Source: Longimicrobiales bacterium
Lineage (GTDB): Bacteria; Gemmatimonadota; Gemmatimonadetes; Longimicrobiales; Gaopeijiaceae
Assembly: GCA_965202985.1 (NCBI GenBank)
Contig: CBDBCF010000002.1
Span: 64,001 to 128,000, forward strand
Length of the DNA: 64,000 nt
Direction of reading: 5' to 3'
How positions within the stretch are numbered: the first letter of the stretch is position 1; each line of letters begins with the position of its first letter. The translations under genes were made by a program, and so were the position numbers. Positions 12,201-20,165 of this stretch are shown in pieces. The notes below the pieces were generated by a model, which searched no databases, was not told the DNA's origin, and was given only the letters and a program-made list of their open reading frames with translations.

Positions 12201-15200
12201 TCGCCACCGGTCGGCGACACGTTCGAGCGCGGCGACACGGTGGTTGCGACGGTTGTGTTCAACAAGGCGGTGGACGTGACGGGCACGCCGCAGCTGGCAT
12301 TGGGGATCGGCAGCACGACGAAGCAGGCGAGCTACGCGAGCGGCACGGGTACGGCGTCGTTGGTGTTCCGTTACGTGGTGGTGACGGCGGACGCGGACGC
12401 GGACGGGATCAGCATTGGCGCGAGCGCGTTGGCGCTGAACGGCGGGACGATCGACGTGGCGGGCGGCACGGTGGACGCGGTTCTGGGGCTGGGTGCCCAC
12501 GCGATATCGAACAGCGCGGGCCACAAGGTCGCGGGCGGTACGTTCACGGCGGCGTCGGTGTCGGGGGTGTCGCTGACGAGTTCGCCTGCGGTGGCGACGA
12601 CGTACGGCCGGGACGAGCGGATTGAGGTGCAGGTGACGTTCAACCGTCGGGTGACGGTGACGGGCACGCCGCAGGTGGCGCTGACGGTGGGCGCGCAGAC
12701 GCGGCAAGCGGACTACGCGAGCGGGACGGGCACGCGGGCGCTGACGTTCCGCTACACGGTGGTGCAGGCGGACGCGGACACCGACGGGATCGAGGTCGGC
12801 GCGAGCGCGTTGGCGCTGAACAGCGGCGCGATCGCGGATGCCCGCGACGGCACGACGGCTGCGGCGCTGGGGCTGGGCAGCCATGCGTTGAGCGCCGCAT
12901 CGGGCCACAAGGTGGACGGCACGCTGGCGGGCGCGACGGTGAGCGGCGTAGCGGTGTCGAGCGCGCCGGAGAGCGGCGACACGTACGGGCTGGGCGAACG
13001 GATCGAGGTCGAGGTGACGTTCGACCGTGCGGTGACGGTGACGGGGTCGCCGCGTCTGGCGCTGACGGTTGGCGCGGTTGCGCGTCAGGCGAGCTATGCG
13101 AGCGGCAGCGGCACGGCGACGTTGTCGTTCGCGTACCGGGTGCAGGGCGCGGGCAGCGGCGGCAGCGGTACGGGCGGCGTGGACGCGGACGCGGACGGCA
13201 TCGGCGTTGCGGCTGCTGCGCTGACGCTGAACGGCGGTACGATCGTGAACACGGCGGACGGCGTTCGTCCGGCGACGCTGGCGTTGGGCGCCCATGTGAT
13301 CGCGGCTGCGGCTGCCGACAAGGTGGACGGCACGGTCGAGGTCGCGCCGGTGGTGGTGGGCGTGGCGGTGACGAGCGTTCCAGTGGCGACGGGACTGTAC
13401 GGCGCGGGCGGCGTGATCCGTGTCGAGGTGACGTTCAGCCGGCCGGTCGACGTGGCGGGCGCGTCGTCGTCGCCGGCGCTGGCGGCGTCGATGACGGCCG
13501 CGAACACGGCTGCGGCGCGGTTGGCGATCGACGTGGGCGGCACGACGCGCCATGCGCGCTACGTGTCGGGCTCGGGCACGACGGTGTTGGTGTTCGAGTA
13601 CGTGGTCCGACCGGCGGACCGGGACCCGGACGGGATCAGCATCCCGGCGGACGCGCTGGCGGAGGCTGCGGGCGCGCTGCGGATCGCGGGCGGCCAGGCT
13701 GCTGCGGTTCTGGACCTGGGCGCGCACGCGGTGACGGACTTGACGGACCACGCGGTGAACGGCGCGGGCAGCCTGGACCCGGTGTTCGGTCGGTTGGAGT
13801 ACGAGTTCGAGTTGGCGGAGAACGTTGCGGGCCCGCTGCCGGTGGGCGAGGTGGTCGCGGCGAGTCCGTTGGACGCCGAGGTGCGGTACGGGTTGGAGAG
13901 CGGCGGCGAGGGGCTGTTCGAGGTGGACGTGTCGAGCGGCGTGGTGACTTACGTTGGCGGAGGCGAGGACGCGGAGCAGCGTTCGGAGTACGTGATGCTG
14001 GTGGTGGCGGTGACGGACGGCGTGGGCGAGGACGAGCAGTTGGAGACGACGGCGAAGGTGACGGTGAAGGTGATGAACGAGAACGACGAGGCGCCGTCGT
14101 TCGTCGAGGACCGTTGGGTGTTCGAGCTGGCGGAGGACGTTGCGGGTCCCTTGGTGCTGGGCGTGTTGGAGGCCGTTGACTTGGACGAGGGCGACACGCT
14201 GACTTACGCGCTGGTGGCGGGTGACGCCGAGCGGTTCGAGCTGGACGGGCAGACGGGCGAGTTGAGGTACGTGGGCGCAGGCGAGGACTACGAGGCCGGC
14301 GCGGGGCCGTGGGTGTTGGAGGCGACGGCGACGGACTTGGTGGGCCGTACGGCGCAGGCGACGGCGACGGTGGTGGTTGCGGACGTGAACGAGGCGCCGG
14401 CGTTCTCGGACTCGGCGTATGCGTTCGAGTTGGCGGAGAACGCTGCGGGACCGCTGGTGCTGGGCGTCGTGCGGGCGACGGACCCGGACCGCGACGATCC
14501 GCCGACGTACAGCTTGTCGGTGGGCGATGCCGAGCGGTTCGAGGTGGACGCTGTTACGGGCGAGTTGCGGTACGTGGGCGAAGGCGAGGACGCGGAGACG
14601 GGCCCGGAGAGCTGGGCGCTCGAGGTCCGTGCGACGGACCGCGGCGGCATCGCGGCGTCTGCGCGGGTGGTGGTGGCGTTGCTGGACCGCAACGAGGCGC
14701 CGGTGTTCGCTGCGGAGCGCTACGAGTGGGAGTTCGAGGAGAACGTCGCGGGACCGTTGGTTCTGGGCGCGGTCGAGGCTGCGGACCCGGACCGAGCGGA
14801 CACGCTCGTGTACAGCCTGTCGGGCGAAGGCGCGGCGCTCTTCGAGGTGGACGCCGGCACGGGCGAGGTGCGGTACGCGGGCGCGGGCGAGGACTACGAG
14901 GCGGGCCCGGCGTCCTGGGAGTTCGAGGTGGTGGCGACCGACGGCGAGGGGCTGGCGGCGCGCGCGGTTGCGACGGTCGCGCTGGTGGATGTGAACGAGG
15001 CGCCGGCGTTCGCGGACTCGGCATACGCTTTCGAGCTGGCGGAGAACGTTGCCGGCCCGCTGACGCTGGGCGCGGTCGAAGCGACGGACCCGGACCGGGG
15101 CGACGCGCCGGCGTACAGCTTGGCCGAAGGCGATGCCGCACGGTTCGAGGTGGACGCTCGGACGGGCGAGGTGCGGTACGTGGGCGCCGGCGAGGACTAC

Positions 15201-17660
15201 GAGGCGGGTCCGCCGACGTTCGCGCTGACGGTGCGGGCGACGGACGCGGGCGGTCTGACGGCCGAGGCGGCGGTGACGGTGACGTTGCTGGACGTGAACG
15301 AGGGTCCGGAGGCGGTGGGCGCGATGTCGCCGAAGACGCTCGAGGCGTACGGCGCCGCTGTGGAAGAGGAGTTGGGTCGGTACTTCCGGGACCCGGACGG
15401 CGACGCGCTGGCGTACGCAGTCGAGTCGTCGTCGCCGGCCGTGGCGGCTGCGACGGTGACGGGCGCGGGCGTGCTGTCGATCGCGCCGCAGGCGATCGGC
15501 GAGACCGTGGTGACGGTACGCGCGAGCGATCCGGGCGGGTTGTCGGCGGTGCAGCAGGTGCGTGTGACGGTGGAGGCGTCGCGGTCGGAGCGTGCGCGTG
15601 CGTTGGAGCTGACGCTGGCGGCGTTCGGCCGGTCGCTGGGCACGGAGACGGTGGATGCGATCGGCGGGCGGCTGGGGTTGGAGTCGTCGGGCGTGCTGGG
15701 CCGGTCGCACGTGCAGCTCGGCGGGCGGTCGCTGGCCTGCGGCGCGCCGGGCGCCGGGTCGGGCGGCGTCGCCGGCGTTGCGAGCGCGGCGCGTGACCAA
15801 ACCGACGGCGGCGTTGCGGCTTCGGCGGACGGCCGGACCGACGGCGACACTGCGAACGCAGTGCACGAACAGGCCGACGCCGGCGAAGGCCATGCCGCAG
15901 GCGGCGACGACAGCGGTGCCGCTGGCATCGGCGGCTCGGGCCATTGCGGGCTCGAGTCGCTGGTGCGGGGCGCGACGGGCCTGCTGGGGTTGCAGATCGC
16001 GCACCCCGGCTCGGCCGACGCGGCCGGCGGAACCGTCGACTTGGCCGCGCTGCTGTTCGGCGACGGCCGTGGCGGTGCATTCGGTCAACCGACAGCGGGC
16101 GGCGCAGGCGGCATGACCGGCATGACCGGCATGGGCGGCGTCTACCAGGGCCGTCAGCAACCCGAAGCCGGGCGCGCCGACCGGGGCGGCCTGACGTTCA
16201 ACCCCGTCGATGCGCGCGGCCTGCGCTCGCAGAGCTCGTTCCAGCTGGCGTTCGGCGGCTCGGACGCCCCGGCGCACGCATCCTCGGCCGGCGCCTCCGT
16301 CTCTTCGCAGGCTGCTTTGCGGTCGGGCTGGACGGTGTGGGGCCAGGCGAACCTGGGCGAGTTCGAGGGTCGTCCCCAAGACGGCTTCGCCATGGACGGC
16401 CGCACGCGCTCGGCTTACTTGGGGCTGGACTACCGGTTCGCATCCGGTGTGCTGATGGGCCTTGCGGGCTCGCGCAGCGACATGGAAGCGGGCTTCGACA
16501 GCGACGTCAACGGCGCGGGATCGGTCGACGCTCGCCTGACCAGCCTGTACCCCTATCTGCACTGGTCGTCCGGCGGCGGGTTCGGCGTGTGGGGCTTGGC
16601 GGGCGCGGGCCGCGGCGACGCGACGCTCGAGGAGTCGGCGGGCGGGCGTTTCGACACCGACTTGGAGATGCGCATGGGCGCGCTGGGCGTGCGTCAGGAG
16701 CTGACCGGCGGGTTGGCGCTGAAGGCGGACGCTTTCGCCGTCCGCATCTTGTCGGACGACGTGGCGGGGCTGGCGGGCGTGACGGCGGACGCGCAGCGCG
16801 TGCGACTGGCGCCGGAGATCGGCGGCCAGTGGTCGCTGGGCGGCGGGCTGGCGATGCGGACGCGGCTCGAGGTGGGCGGACGCTTCGACGGTGGCGACGC
16901 GGAGACGGGGATGGGCGCGGAGGCGGGCGCCGAGGTGGGGTTGGCGCACCAGGCCAGCGGGTTCAGCATGACGGCGCGGGGCCGTGCGCTGCTGGTGCAC
17001 CAGGAGCGCGACTTCAAGGACTGGGGCGCCGGGTTCTCGCTGAGGTTGCAGCCGGGCGGCGGGGGCGAGGGCGGGCTGTCGTTCTCGGTCGAGCCGACGT
17101 GGGGCGACGCTGGGGGCGGCGCGCGGACGCTGTGGCAAGGGGGCGCGGACGTGTGGCGGACCGCTGGCGCGGGCGGCTTCGGCGCGCCGGGCGGTGCAGC
17201 GCGGCCAGTCGGTGCGAACGTTCCGGCAGGCACGGGTCTTGCTCACAACCCGGGCGACCCGTCGGCCGAAGGCATGTCGGGCGCGAATGGCGATCCGGCC
17301 GTCGGCTCGCAGGCAGGCCCGGGCCTCCCGGCAAGCTCCGGCCTCTTGGCGGCCACGAGCGCGCCGGGCTGGGCGCCCGACCGCGTGGCGATGGAAGTCG
17401 GCTACGGCGTGCTGCTGTCCGGCGGCAATCAAGTCAAGCCGTTCGGCCGGTGGAGCCGCGAGGGACCGACGGGCCATCGGGTGAACGTGGGGACGCGCTG
17501 GTCGCTGCTGGGCGGCGAGACCACCGGGCAACTTACCGAGTCCCCGGGGACCCGGTCGCCCGGCCTGCGCCTGATGATGGACCTGTTCGGCGAGCACGTT
17601 GCCAGCGGCGTCCAGCCCCCGGAACGCCGCATCGGCCTCTCGGGCAGGATCGTCTTCTAG
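3279..17660 (+). CDS. Giant (4793 aa) surface adhesin-like autotransporter: signal peptide, 27 Ig-like repeats, 5 cadherin-like repeats, Ig-like domain, C-terminal beta-barrel
   Basis: Signal-like MLVARAALAALGLLAASGGAAPASLSA-Q. ~125-aa repeats TYxxGDTIxVxVxFxxxVxVTGTPQLALxIG...DxDxDGISI...LNGGTI...HKV. Cadherin signatures LAEN/AxDxD/DYE/DxNEAP. Amphipathic beta-strand C-terminus (WTVWGQ...YLGLDY...) ending in F. Alternative start ATG at 3321. Confidence 0.85.
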   Translation: MMSPPPPPLFSAPAMLVARAALAALGLLAASGGAAPASLSAQTAPTVTDVLVGSSPLGATGTYGRPQQIRVGVQFSENVDVTGTPQLALTIGSATRQADYVLGTGTRLLTFGYTVVAADSDTDGISIGASALTLNGGTIKRAGSTTNATLSLGSHAISNVSNHKVNGSLIVPMVSRVRLISNPGNDSTYAAGDPITVEVAFDQSVNMPDFAGQMKVDYRIGNNVREASWYTKGGNVVWLRYHTTRDDVDADGISVPGPLKNFGPTITRSGGSERAELRFFSHAISNARGHKVNGLQGVPHVTGVGIASDAGNDSTYGVGDAIEIGVRFSENVDVTDAPQLALTIGAATRQARYLSGTGGDSLTFGYQVVAADADTVGISIGASALALNGGTINKAGSAVTAYLPLRTHVVTNAAAHKVDGTQAGPPYVSGVAFASSPGGGIYGTGDTIVVAVAFNENVDVTGTPQLALTIGSATRQANYASGTGNDTLTFRYAPVAGDLDEDGISIGANALALNGGTVRRSGATVNARLGLSLHAVINEAAHKVVVVQGLAHVVRTSIASDAGADSTYEVGDTIEIALVFNENVDVTGTPQLALEIGSATRRANYFAGTGGDSLAFRYVTVLADVDSTGVSYSWDALTLNGGTIKRAGATADAYLGLRTHVVTDDPTHKVLPTSNKVTGLSVNSAGADSIFARGDTVKVTLAFRETTVVTGTPRMRIWLGAGHGWATYHSGSGTSELEFRYVVQSGIEDKNGVGILSDAVDLNAGTIRAANEINVNPWIDASLTIVDDPRWKVAGSARVTSVSVGSPPTGDVFERGDTIVVTMVYSDSVDVTGVPTAWLKLTSAAYRPALYASGTGTDTLEFRYVVEAGDNDNDGLSVYGTAIQLTGGSTIREAGTTTSAFHDTPWPHAGQDAIANSAGHKVAGAARVASVSVGSPLLGDTFERGDTIKVTLVYTDSVDVTGVPTVWVTIGSNPWAGATYVAGSGTDSLEFHYVVQAADTDADGISMVGNALQWTGGSTIREAGTSTNTFSNTPWRGPGSGGYAITNSAGHKVAGSQVTAPTVTGVAISSSAGADNAYGYGDTIAATVSFFRPVTATGTPQLALSIGDSTRQADYSSGTGTGALEFQYVVVASDVDADGLSIGASALALNGGTIVDVRDGSTAASLGLGSHAITNASAHKVQGNVPVVTSAFFMSAANTGLAYASTDSVFGLGDEIRVGVGFSTGVTATGTPRLALGIGAQTRSAALCGTSGGVILVFCYTVVAADADATGISIGANALTLPGGATIRATGTTTDARLSLAPWNFADAVAYQVDGSKEVAPGVSGVAISSAPASDSTYGRTEAIEVEVEFERSVAVTGTPQLALSIDTLTRQAGYASGSGTRTLVFRYVVAAVDADANGISIAASALTLNGGTIVLAGGTTAATLGLGTNAITNAAAHKVNGSLGPPGVTGLTIGSPVVGDVFERGETIEVELEFNRAVDVTGTPRLALTIGSATRQASYASGSGTTGLVFRYVVASGDADADGLSIGASALALSGGTIRLAGGTLDATLGLGVGVVVTNSGGHQVAGGTFTVPAVSAVAISSAPASGQTYQLGESIEVKVAFGRPVAVTGTPRLALTIGTVARQASYASATSKADTLVFGYAVRPSDADTDGLSIAASALTLSGGTIVDVRPGAVAAALDLGSSAVTNDASHKVNGGLGPPGVTGLTVASPPTGTTFERGDTVVATVRFNKSVDVTGTPRLALGIGSQTRQAAYASGTGTAALVFRYVVVTADVDADGLSVGASALTLNGGTIDVAGGTTDALLSLEHQAFSDFLVVNGGLFTASSVSGVSISSSPASDSTYGRTEQIEVEVTFDRNVAVTGAPQVALTIGSQTRQAAYASGSGTKTLTFSYTVVAADADANGISIGTSALALNSGTIVDARDANEAAGLGLGSNAIANAAAHKVDGAQGPPGVIGVVVGSPPVGDTFERGDAVAATVTFNRAVAVTGTPQLALGIGSQTRQASYASGSGTASLVFQYTVVQADVDADGLSIGTSALALNSGTIRLSGGTLDATLGLGTHAISNSGSHKVAGGTFTASSVSGVAITSSPSSGDTYGLGEEIEVEVTFVRPVVTGGTPQLALTVGAATRQADYASGTFTKTLTFGYEVAAGDADANGIGIGASALALNGGTINDARGGTTAAGLGLGSSAIANAAAHKVDGALGPPGVAGLSIGSPEVGDTFERGETIEVKVAFNKSVAVTGTPRLALGIGSATKQASYAAGTGTDTLVFRYVVVTADVDADGLSIGTSALALNGGTVRRSGGTTDAVLSLRDHYVTDSGNYKVAGGTFTAAAVSGVTISSSPSSDSTYGRTEVIEVEVGFTRPVTVTGAPQLALTIGSQTRQASYASGTGTATLAFRYTVVATDADSTGIGIAASALALNGGTIADARGGTTAAGLGLGSNAISNDAAHKVDGSRGPPGVTSLSIGSPTVGDVFERGETIEVSLVFNRSVDVTGVPRLALTVGSATRQASYASGSGTDTLVFRYVVATGDADADGISIAASALALSGGTIKVAGGTLDATLGLGSSVVTNSPGHKVAGGTFTTPAVSAVTISSAPASGQTYQLGESIEVKVAFGRPVAVTGAPRLALTIGTQTRQAGYVAASSKADTLVFGYAIRPADADTDGIGIGASALALNGGAIADVRPGAAAAALGLGVRAISNAASHKVNGSLGPPGVVGLAVAAPPVGNTFERGDTIVATVTFNKAVDATGAPQLALSIGAQQVGAYASAATGTTSLEFRYVVISGDADTDGLSIRANALTLNGGTIDVASGTTDALLSLEHHAISNASGRRVAGGTFTAASVSAVSITSSPAGGGTYGLSEEIGVDVTFNRNVAVTGSPELALTIGSRTRQASYVATTGGRVLSFAYTVVAGDADGNGIGIGASALSLNGGTVADARDANEAASLGLGGHAVSNSGGHRVDGAQGPPGVSAVSIASPPVGDTFERGDTVVATVVFNKAVDVTGTPQLALGIGSTTKQASYASGTGTASLVFRYVVVTADADADGISIGASALALNGGTIDVAGGTVDAVLGLGAHAISNSAGHKVAGGTFTAASVSGVSLTSSPAVATTYGRDERIEVQVTFNRRVTVTGTPQVALTVGAQTRQADYASGTGTRALTFRYTVVQADADTDGIEVGASALALNSGAIADARDGTTAAALGLGSHALSAASGHKVDGTLAGATVSGVAVSSAPESGDTYGLGERIEVEVTFDRAVTVTGSPRLALTVGAVARQASYASGSGTATLSFAYRVQGAGSGGSGTGGVDADADGIGVAAAALTLNGGTIVNTADGVRPATLALGAHVIAAAAADKVDGTVEVAPVVVGVAVTSVPVATGLYGAGGVIRVEVTFSRPVDVAGASSSPALAASMTAANTAAARLAIDVGGTTRHARYVSGSGTTVLVFEYVVRPADRDPDGISIPADALAEAAGALRIAGGQAAAVLDLGAHAVTDLTDHAVNGAGSLDPVFGRLEYEFELAENVAGPLPVGEVVAASPLDAEVRYGLESGGEGLFEVDVSSGVVTYVGGGEDAEQRSEYVMLVVAVTDGVGEDEQLETTAKVTVKVMNENDEAPSFVEDRWVFELAEDVAGPLVLGVLEAVDLDEGDTLTYALVAGDAERFELDGQTGELRYVGAGEDYEAGAGPWVLEATATDLVGRTAQATATVVVADVNEAPAFSDSAYAFELAENAAGPLVLGVVRATDPDRDDPPTYSLSVGDAERFEVDAVTGELRYVGEGEDAETGPESWALEVRATDRGGIAASARVVVALLDRNEAPVFAAERYEWEFEENVAGPLVLGAVEAADPDRADTLVYSLSGEGAALFEVDAGTGEVRYAGAGEDYEAGPASWEFEVVATDGEGLAARAVATVALVDVNEAPAFADSAYAFELAENVAGPLTLGAVEATDPDRGDAPAYSLAEGDAARFEVDARTGEVRYVGAGEDYEAGPPTFALTVRATDAGGLTAEAAVTVTLLDVNEGPEAVGAMSPKTLEAYGAAVEEELGRYFRDPDGDALAYAVESSSPAVAAATVTGAGVLSIAPQAIGETVVTVRASDPGGLSAVQQVRVTVEASRSERARALELTLAAFGRSLGTETVDAIGGRLGLESSGVLGRSHVQLGGRSLACGAPGAGSGGVAGVASAARDQTDGGVAASADGRTDGDTANAVHEQADAGEGHAAGGDDSGAAGIGGSGHCGLESLVRGATGLLGLQIAHPGSADAAGGTVDLAALLFGDGRGGAFGQPTAGGAGGMTGMTGMGGVYQGRQQPEAGRADRGGLTFNPVDARGLRSQSSFQLAFGGSDAPAHASSAGASVSSQAALRSGWTVWGQANLGEFEGRPQDGFAMDGRTRSAYLGLDYRFASGVLMGLAGSRSDMEAGFDSDVNGAGSVDARLTSLYPYLHWSSGGGFGVWGLAGAGRGDATLEESAGGRFDTDLEMRMGALGVRQELTGGLALKADAFAVRILSDDVAGLAGVTADAQRVRLAPEIGGQWSLGGGLAMRTRLEVGGRFDGGDAETGMGAEAGAEVGLAHQASGFSMTARGRALLVHQERDFKDWGAGFSLRLQPGGGGEGGLSFSVEPTWGDAGGGARTLWQGGADVWRTAGAGGFGAPGGAARPVGANVPAGTGLAHNPGDPSAEGMSGANGDPAVGSQAGPGLPASSGLLAATSAPGWAPDRVAMEVGYGVLLSGGNQVKPFGRWSREGPTGHRVNVGTRWSLLGGETTGQLTESPGTRSPGLRLMMDLFGEHVASGVQPPERRIGLSGRIVF
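3287..3302 (+). repeat. Poly-C homopolymer (C16) in codons 3-8 of the giant adhesin
   Basis: ATGATGAG followed by 16 C, then TTGTTT; encodes S-PPPP-P. Confidence 0.9.
3405..13765 (+). repeat. Array of 27 ~375-bp Ig-like domain repeats
   Basis: Counted by the recurring VTGTP(Q/R)L...HKV-like units in the translation. Units alternate between two subtypes from about the 11th unit. Boundaries approximate. Confidence 0.8.
13775..15305 (+). repeat. Five tandem cadherin-like (Ca2+-binding) repeats
   Basis: Units of FELAENVAGPLxLG.V.AxDPD...Y.L...FEVD..TGE.RYVG.GEDYE...DVNEAP. Confidence 0.8.
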
Positions 17661-17915
17661 TAGGGTTCGCGCGTCCCCGGCGCGGTGCGTTGTCCCGCAA
17701 TGTGCCGGGGATGTGCGGGACCGCCTCCCGCTGATCGTCGTCGCGGCACGACGGCGCCACCCGTCCGTCGGGTTGGGGATCAACCACTTGCAGCACCACA
17801 GCCTTGCCCGCCCGGACCGTTGCGTTGTCGATCGTGGCCGTCAACCTGGACACTCTCGGCGTCTTGCTCCAGAACCGCGAGCAGCGCGCGCTCCGGATCA
17901 GGTTATCTTCCTTCC

Positions 17916-18503
17916 ATGAGACTCGCTTGTTCCGGCGCCCCTGCCGCCGGCATCGTCCCCGGGGCCCCGGTGCGCGCCACCACCGTCGTCGCCGTGGCCC
18001 GCGATGGTCGGGTCGCCATGGCCGGCGACGGTCAAGTCAGCTTGGGCGACACCGTGGTGAAGAGCGCGGCCCGCAAGATCCGCCACATCCGCGAAGGAAA
18101 CGTCCTGGTCGGGTTTGCCGGCGCGACCGCCGACGCCTTCACCCTCTTCGGCAAGCTGGAGGGCAAGTTGGAGCGCTGGCCGTCCAACCTTCCCCGGGCC
18201 TGCGTGGAGCTGGCCAAGGACTGGCGGACCGACCGCTACCTGCGTCGACTGGAGGCCCTGTTGGCTGTCGCGGACCGGGAACATCTATTCCTGGTCAGCG
18301 GCGACGGCAACGTCATCGAACCCGACCAGCCCATCTTGGCCATCGGCTCCGGCGGCCCCTATGCCCTTGCCGCCGCACGTGCGCTCCACGACCGCCCGGA
18401 GTTGAGCGCCGAGGACGTGGCGCGCCGGGCCTTGGAGATCGCCGCCGACATCTGCATCTACACCAACCGCGAAATCACGGTGCTGGAGCTGGCCCCCTCA
18501 TGA
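17916..18503 (+). CDS. hslV: ATP-dependent protease peptidase subunit HslV (ClpQ)
   Basis: Mature N-terminal [50 protein letters not shown]. Start estimated at ATG 17916, giving a short propeptide. Confidence 0.93.
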   Translation: MRLACSGAPAAGIVPGAPVRATTVVAVARDGRVAMAGDGQVSLGDTVVKSAARKIRHIREGNVLVGFAGATADAFTLFGKLEGKLERWPSNLPRACVELAKDWRTDRYLRRLEALLAVADREHLFLVSGDGNVIEPDQPILAIGSGGPYALAAARALHDRPELSAEDVARRALEIAADICIYTNREITVLELAPS

Positions 18504-20158
18504 CCCTGACGACTCGACAGGCCCCCGAGGCCCCCCCGCCGTCCGAAGACGCGCCCCCCCTGGACGGCGCCGACGCCTCGCCCGACGCCGACGCCGGCTC
18601 GCCGGAAGACTCGCCTCCCACCGACGGTTCCGCCCCGCCCGACGACTCCGCTTCCCCCGACGGTTCCGCTACCCCCGACGACGCCCCCGGCTGGCTGGAC
18701 CGCCTCACCCCCCGCGAGATCGTCGCCGAGCTGGACAAGTACATCGTCGGCCAGTCCGAGGCCAAGAAGGCCGTGGCGATCGCGCTGCGGAACCGCTGGC
18801 GGCGGCAGCAGGTGGACGAGGAGCTGCGCGACGAGATCCTGCCCAACAACCTGGTCATGATCGGCCCCACGGGCGTCGGCAAGACCGAGATCGCTCGGCG
18901 CTTGGCCCGCTTCGCCGGCTCCCCGTTCGTCAAGGTCGAAGCGTCCAAGTTCACCGAAGTGGGCTATGTAGGACGCGATGTGGAGTCGATGATACGCGAC
19001 TTGGTGGACACGGCGGTCAACATGGTCCGCTCCGAGCGGGAGGCCGAGGTGGAGGAACGGGCCGCGCGCAATGTGGACGAACGGTTGCTGGATCTGCTCC
19101 TGCCCGACCCCAGCGGCGGGCCGGAGGTCTCCAAGAAGGCGCGGCGGGCCGGAGGCGCTGCGCCCAAGCTGATGTCCGGCACGGGTTCGCCCGGCAAGAT
19201 ATTCGTGGCCGGATCCGGCGGCCCCGCCGGCGCGGGCCCCGCCGACGTCGACGCCGAGCTGGCCGAGCGCCGAGCCCGAACCCGCGAGAAGCTGCGCAAG
19301 CTCCTTCACGACGGACGCTTGGAGGATCGCAAGGTCGAGATCGACATCCAGCAGTCGCCGTCGGTCGAGGGCATGGTCTTTCCGGTGGGCGGCATGGAGA
19401 GCATGGACATCAACTTGACCGAGATGCTCCAGGACATGTTGCCCAAGCGCACCAAGCGTCGGTCGGTGACGATCGCCGAAGCCCGTCGCGTCCTTCATCA
19501 AGAGGAGCTGGACCGCTTGGTGGACATGGACGACGTGGTCAACGAGGCCATGGACCGCGCCGAGGAGATCGGGATCGTCTTCTTGGACGAGCTGGACAAG
19601 GTGGCGGGCGGTCACGGCGGAGGCCGAGGCCCCGACGTGAGCAGGGAAGGTGTGCAGCGCGACCTGCTGCCCATCGTCGAGGGCTCCAACGTGCAGACGC
19701 GCTACGGCATGGTCCGCACCGACCACATGCTCTTCGTCGCCGCCGGGGCGTTCCACGTCGCCAAGCCGTCTGACCTGATCCCCGAGCTGCAGGGCCGGTT
19801 CCCGATCCGCGTCGAACTCAAGAGCCTGGGCGCTGCCGAGTTCGTCCGCATCCTGCAGGAGCCCCGCAACGCGCTGGTGCGCCAGTACCAAGCGCTGGTG
19901 GAGACGGAAGGCGCCGCGGTCGAGTTCACCGACGACGGCATCGAGGAGATCGCCCGCATCGCGGCGGACCTGAACGACCGCATGGAGAACATCGGCGCGC
20001 GCCGGCTGCGCACGGTCCTCACCACCCTCCTGGAAGACCTCCTCTACGACCTTCCCGACGAACGCCAGGGCAAGACGGCGGTCGTGTCCAAAGCCTTCGT
20101 GAGGGAGCGACTGGACAAGATCACGTCCGACGAAGACCTGAGCCGCTACATCCTCTAG
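18500..20158 (+). CDS. hslU: ATP-dependent protease ATPase subunit HslU (ClpY), with acidic/Pro-rich N-terminal extension
   Basis: [70 protein letters not shown], ends DLSRYIL. ATGA overlap with hslV. Confidence 0.95.
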   Translation: MTLTTRQAPEAPPPSEDAPPLDGADASPDADAGSPEDSPPTDGSAPPDDSASPDGSATPDDAPGWLDRLTPREIVAELDKYIVGQSEAKKAVAIALRNRWRRQQVDEELRDEILPNNLVMIGPTGVGKTEIARRLARFAGSPFVKVEASKFTEVGYVGRDVESMIRDLVDTAVNMVRSEREAEVEERAARNVDERLLDLLLPDPSGGPEVSKKARRAGGAAPKLMSGTGSPGKIFVAGSGGPAGAGPADVDAELAERRARTREKLRKLLHDGRLEDRKVEIDIQQSPSVEGMVFPVGGMESMDINLTEMLQDMLPKRTKRRSVTIAEARRVLHQEELDRLVDMDDVVNEAMDRAEEIGIVFLDELDKVAGGHGGGRGPDVSREGVQRDLLPIVEGSNVQTRYGMVRTDHMLFVAAGAFHVAKPSDLIPELQGRFPIRVELKSLGAAEFVRILQEPRNALVRQYQALVETEGAAVEFTDDGIEEIARIAADLNDRMENIGARRLRTVLTTLLEDLLYDLPDERQGKTAVVSKAFVRERLDKITSDEDLSRYIL

Positions 20159-20165
20159 GCAGGTC

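Noticed and set aside
7755..17783. 3342-aa ORF antisense to the adhesin
   Set aside because: Arg/His/Ala-rich mirror of the sense codons. High GC and codon bias remove antisense stops, and no domain motifs are visible.
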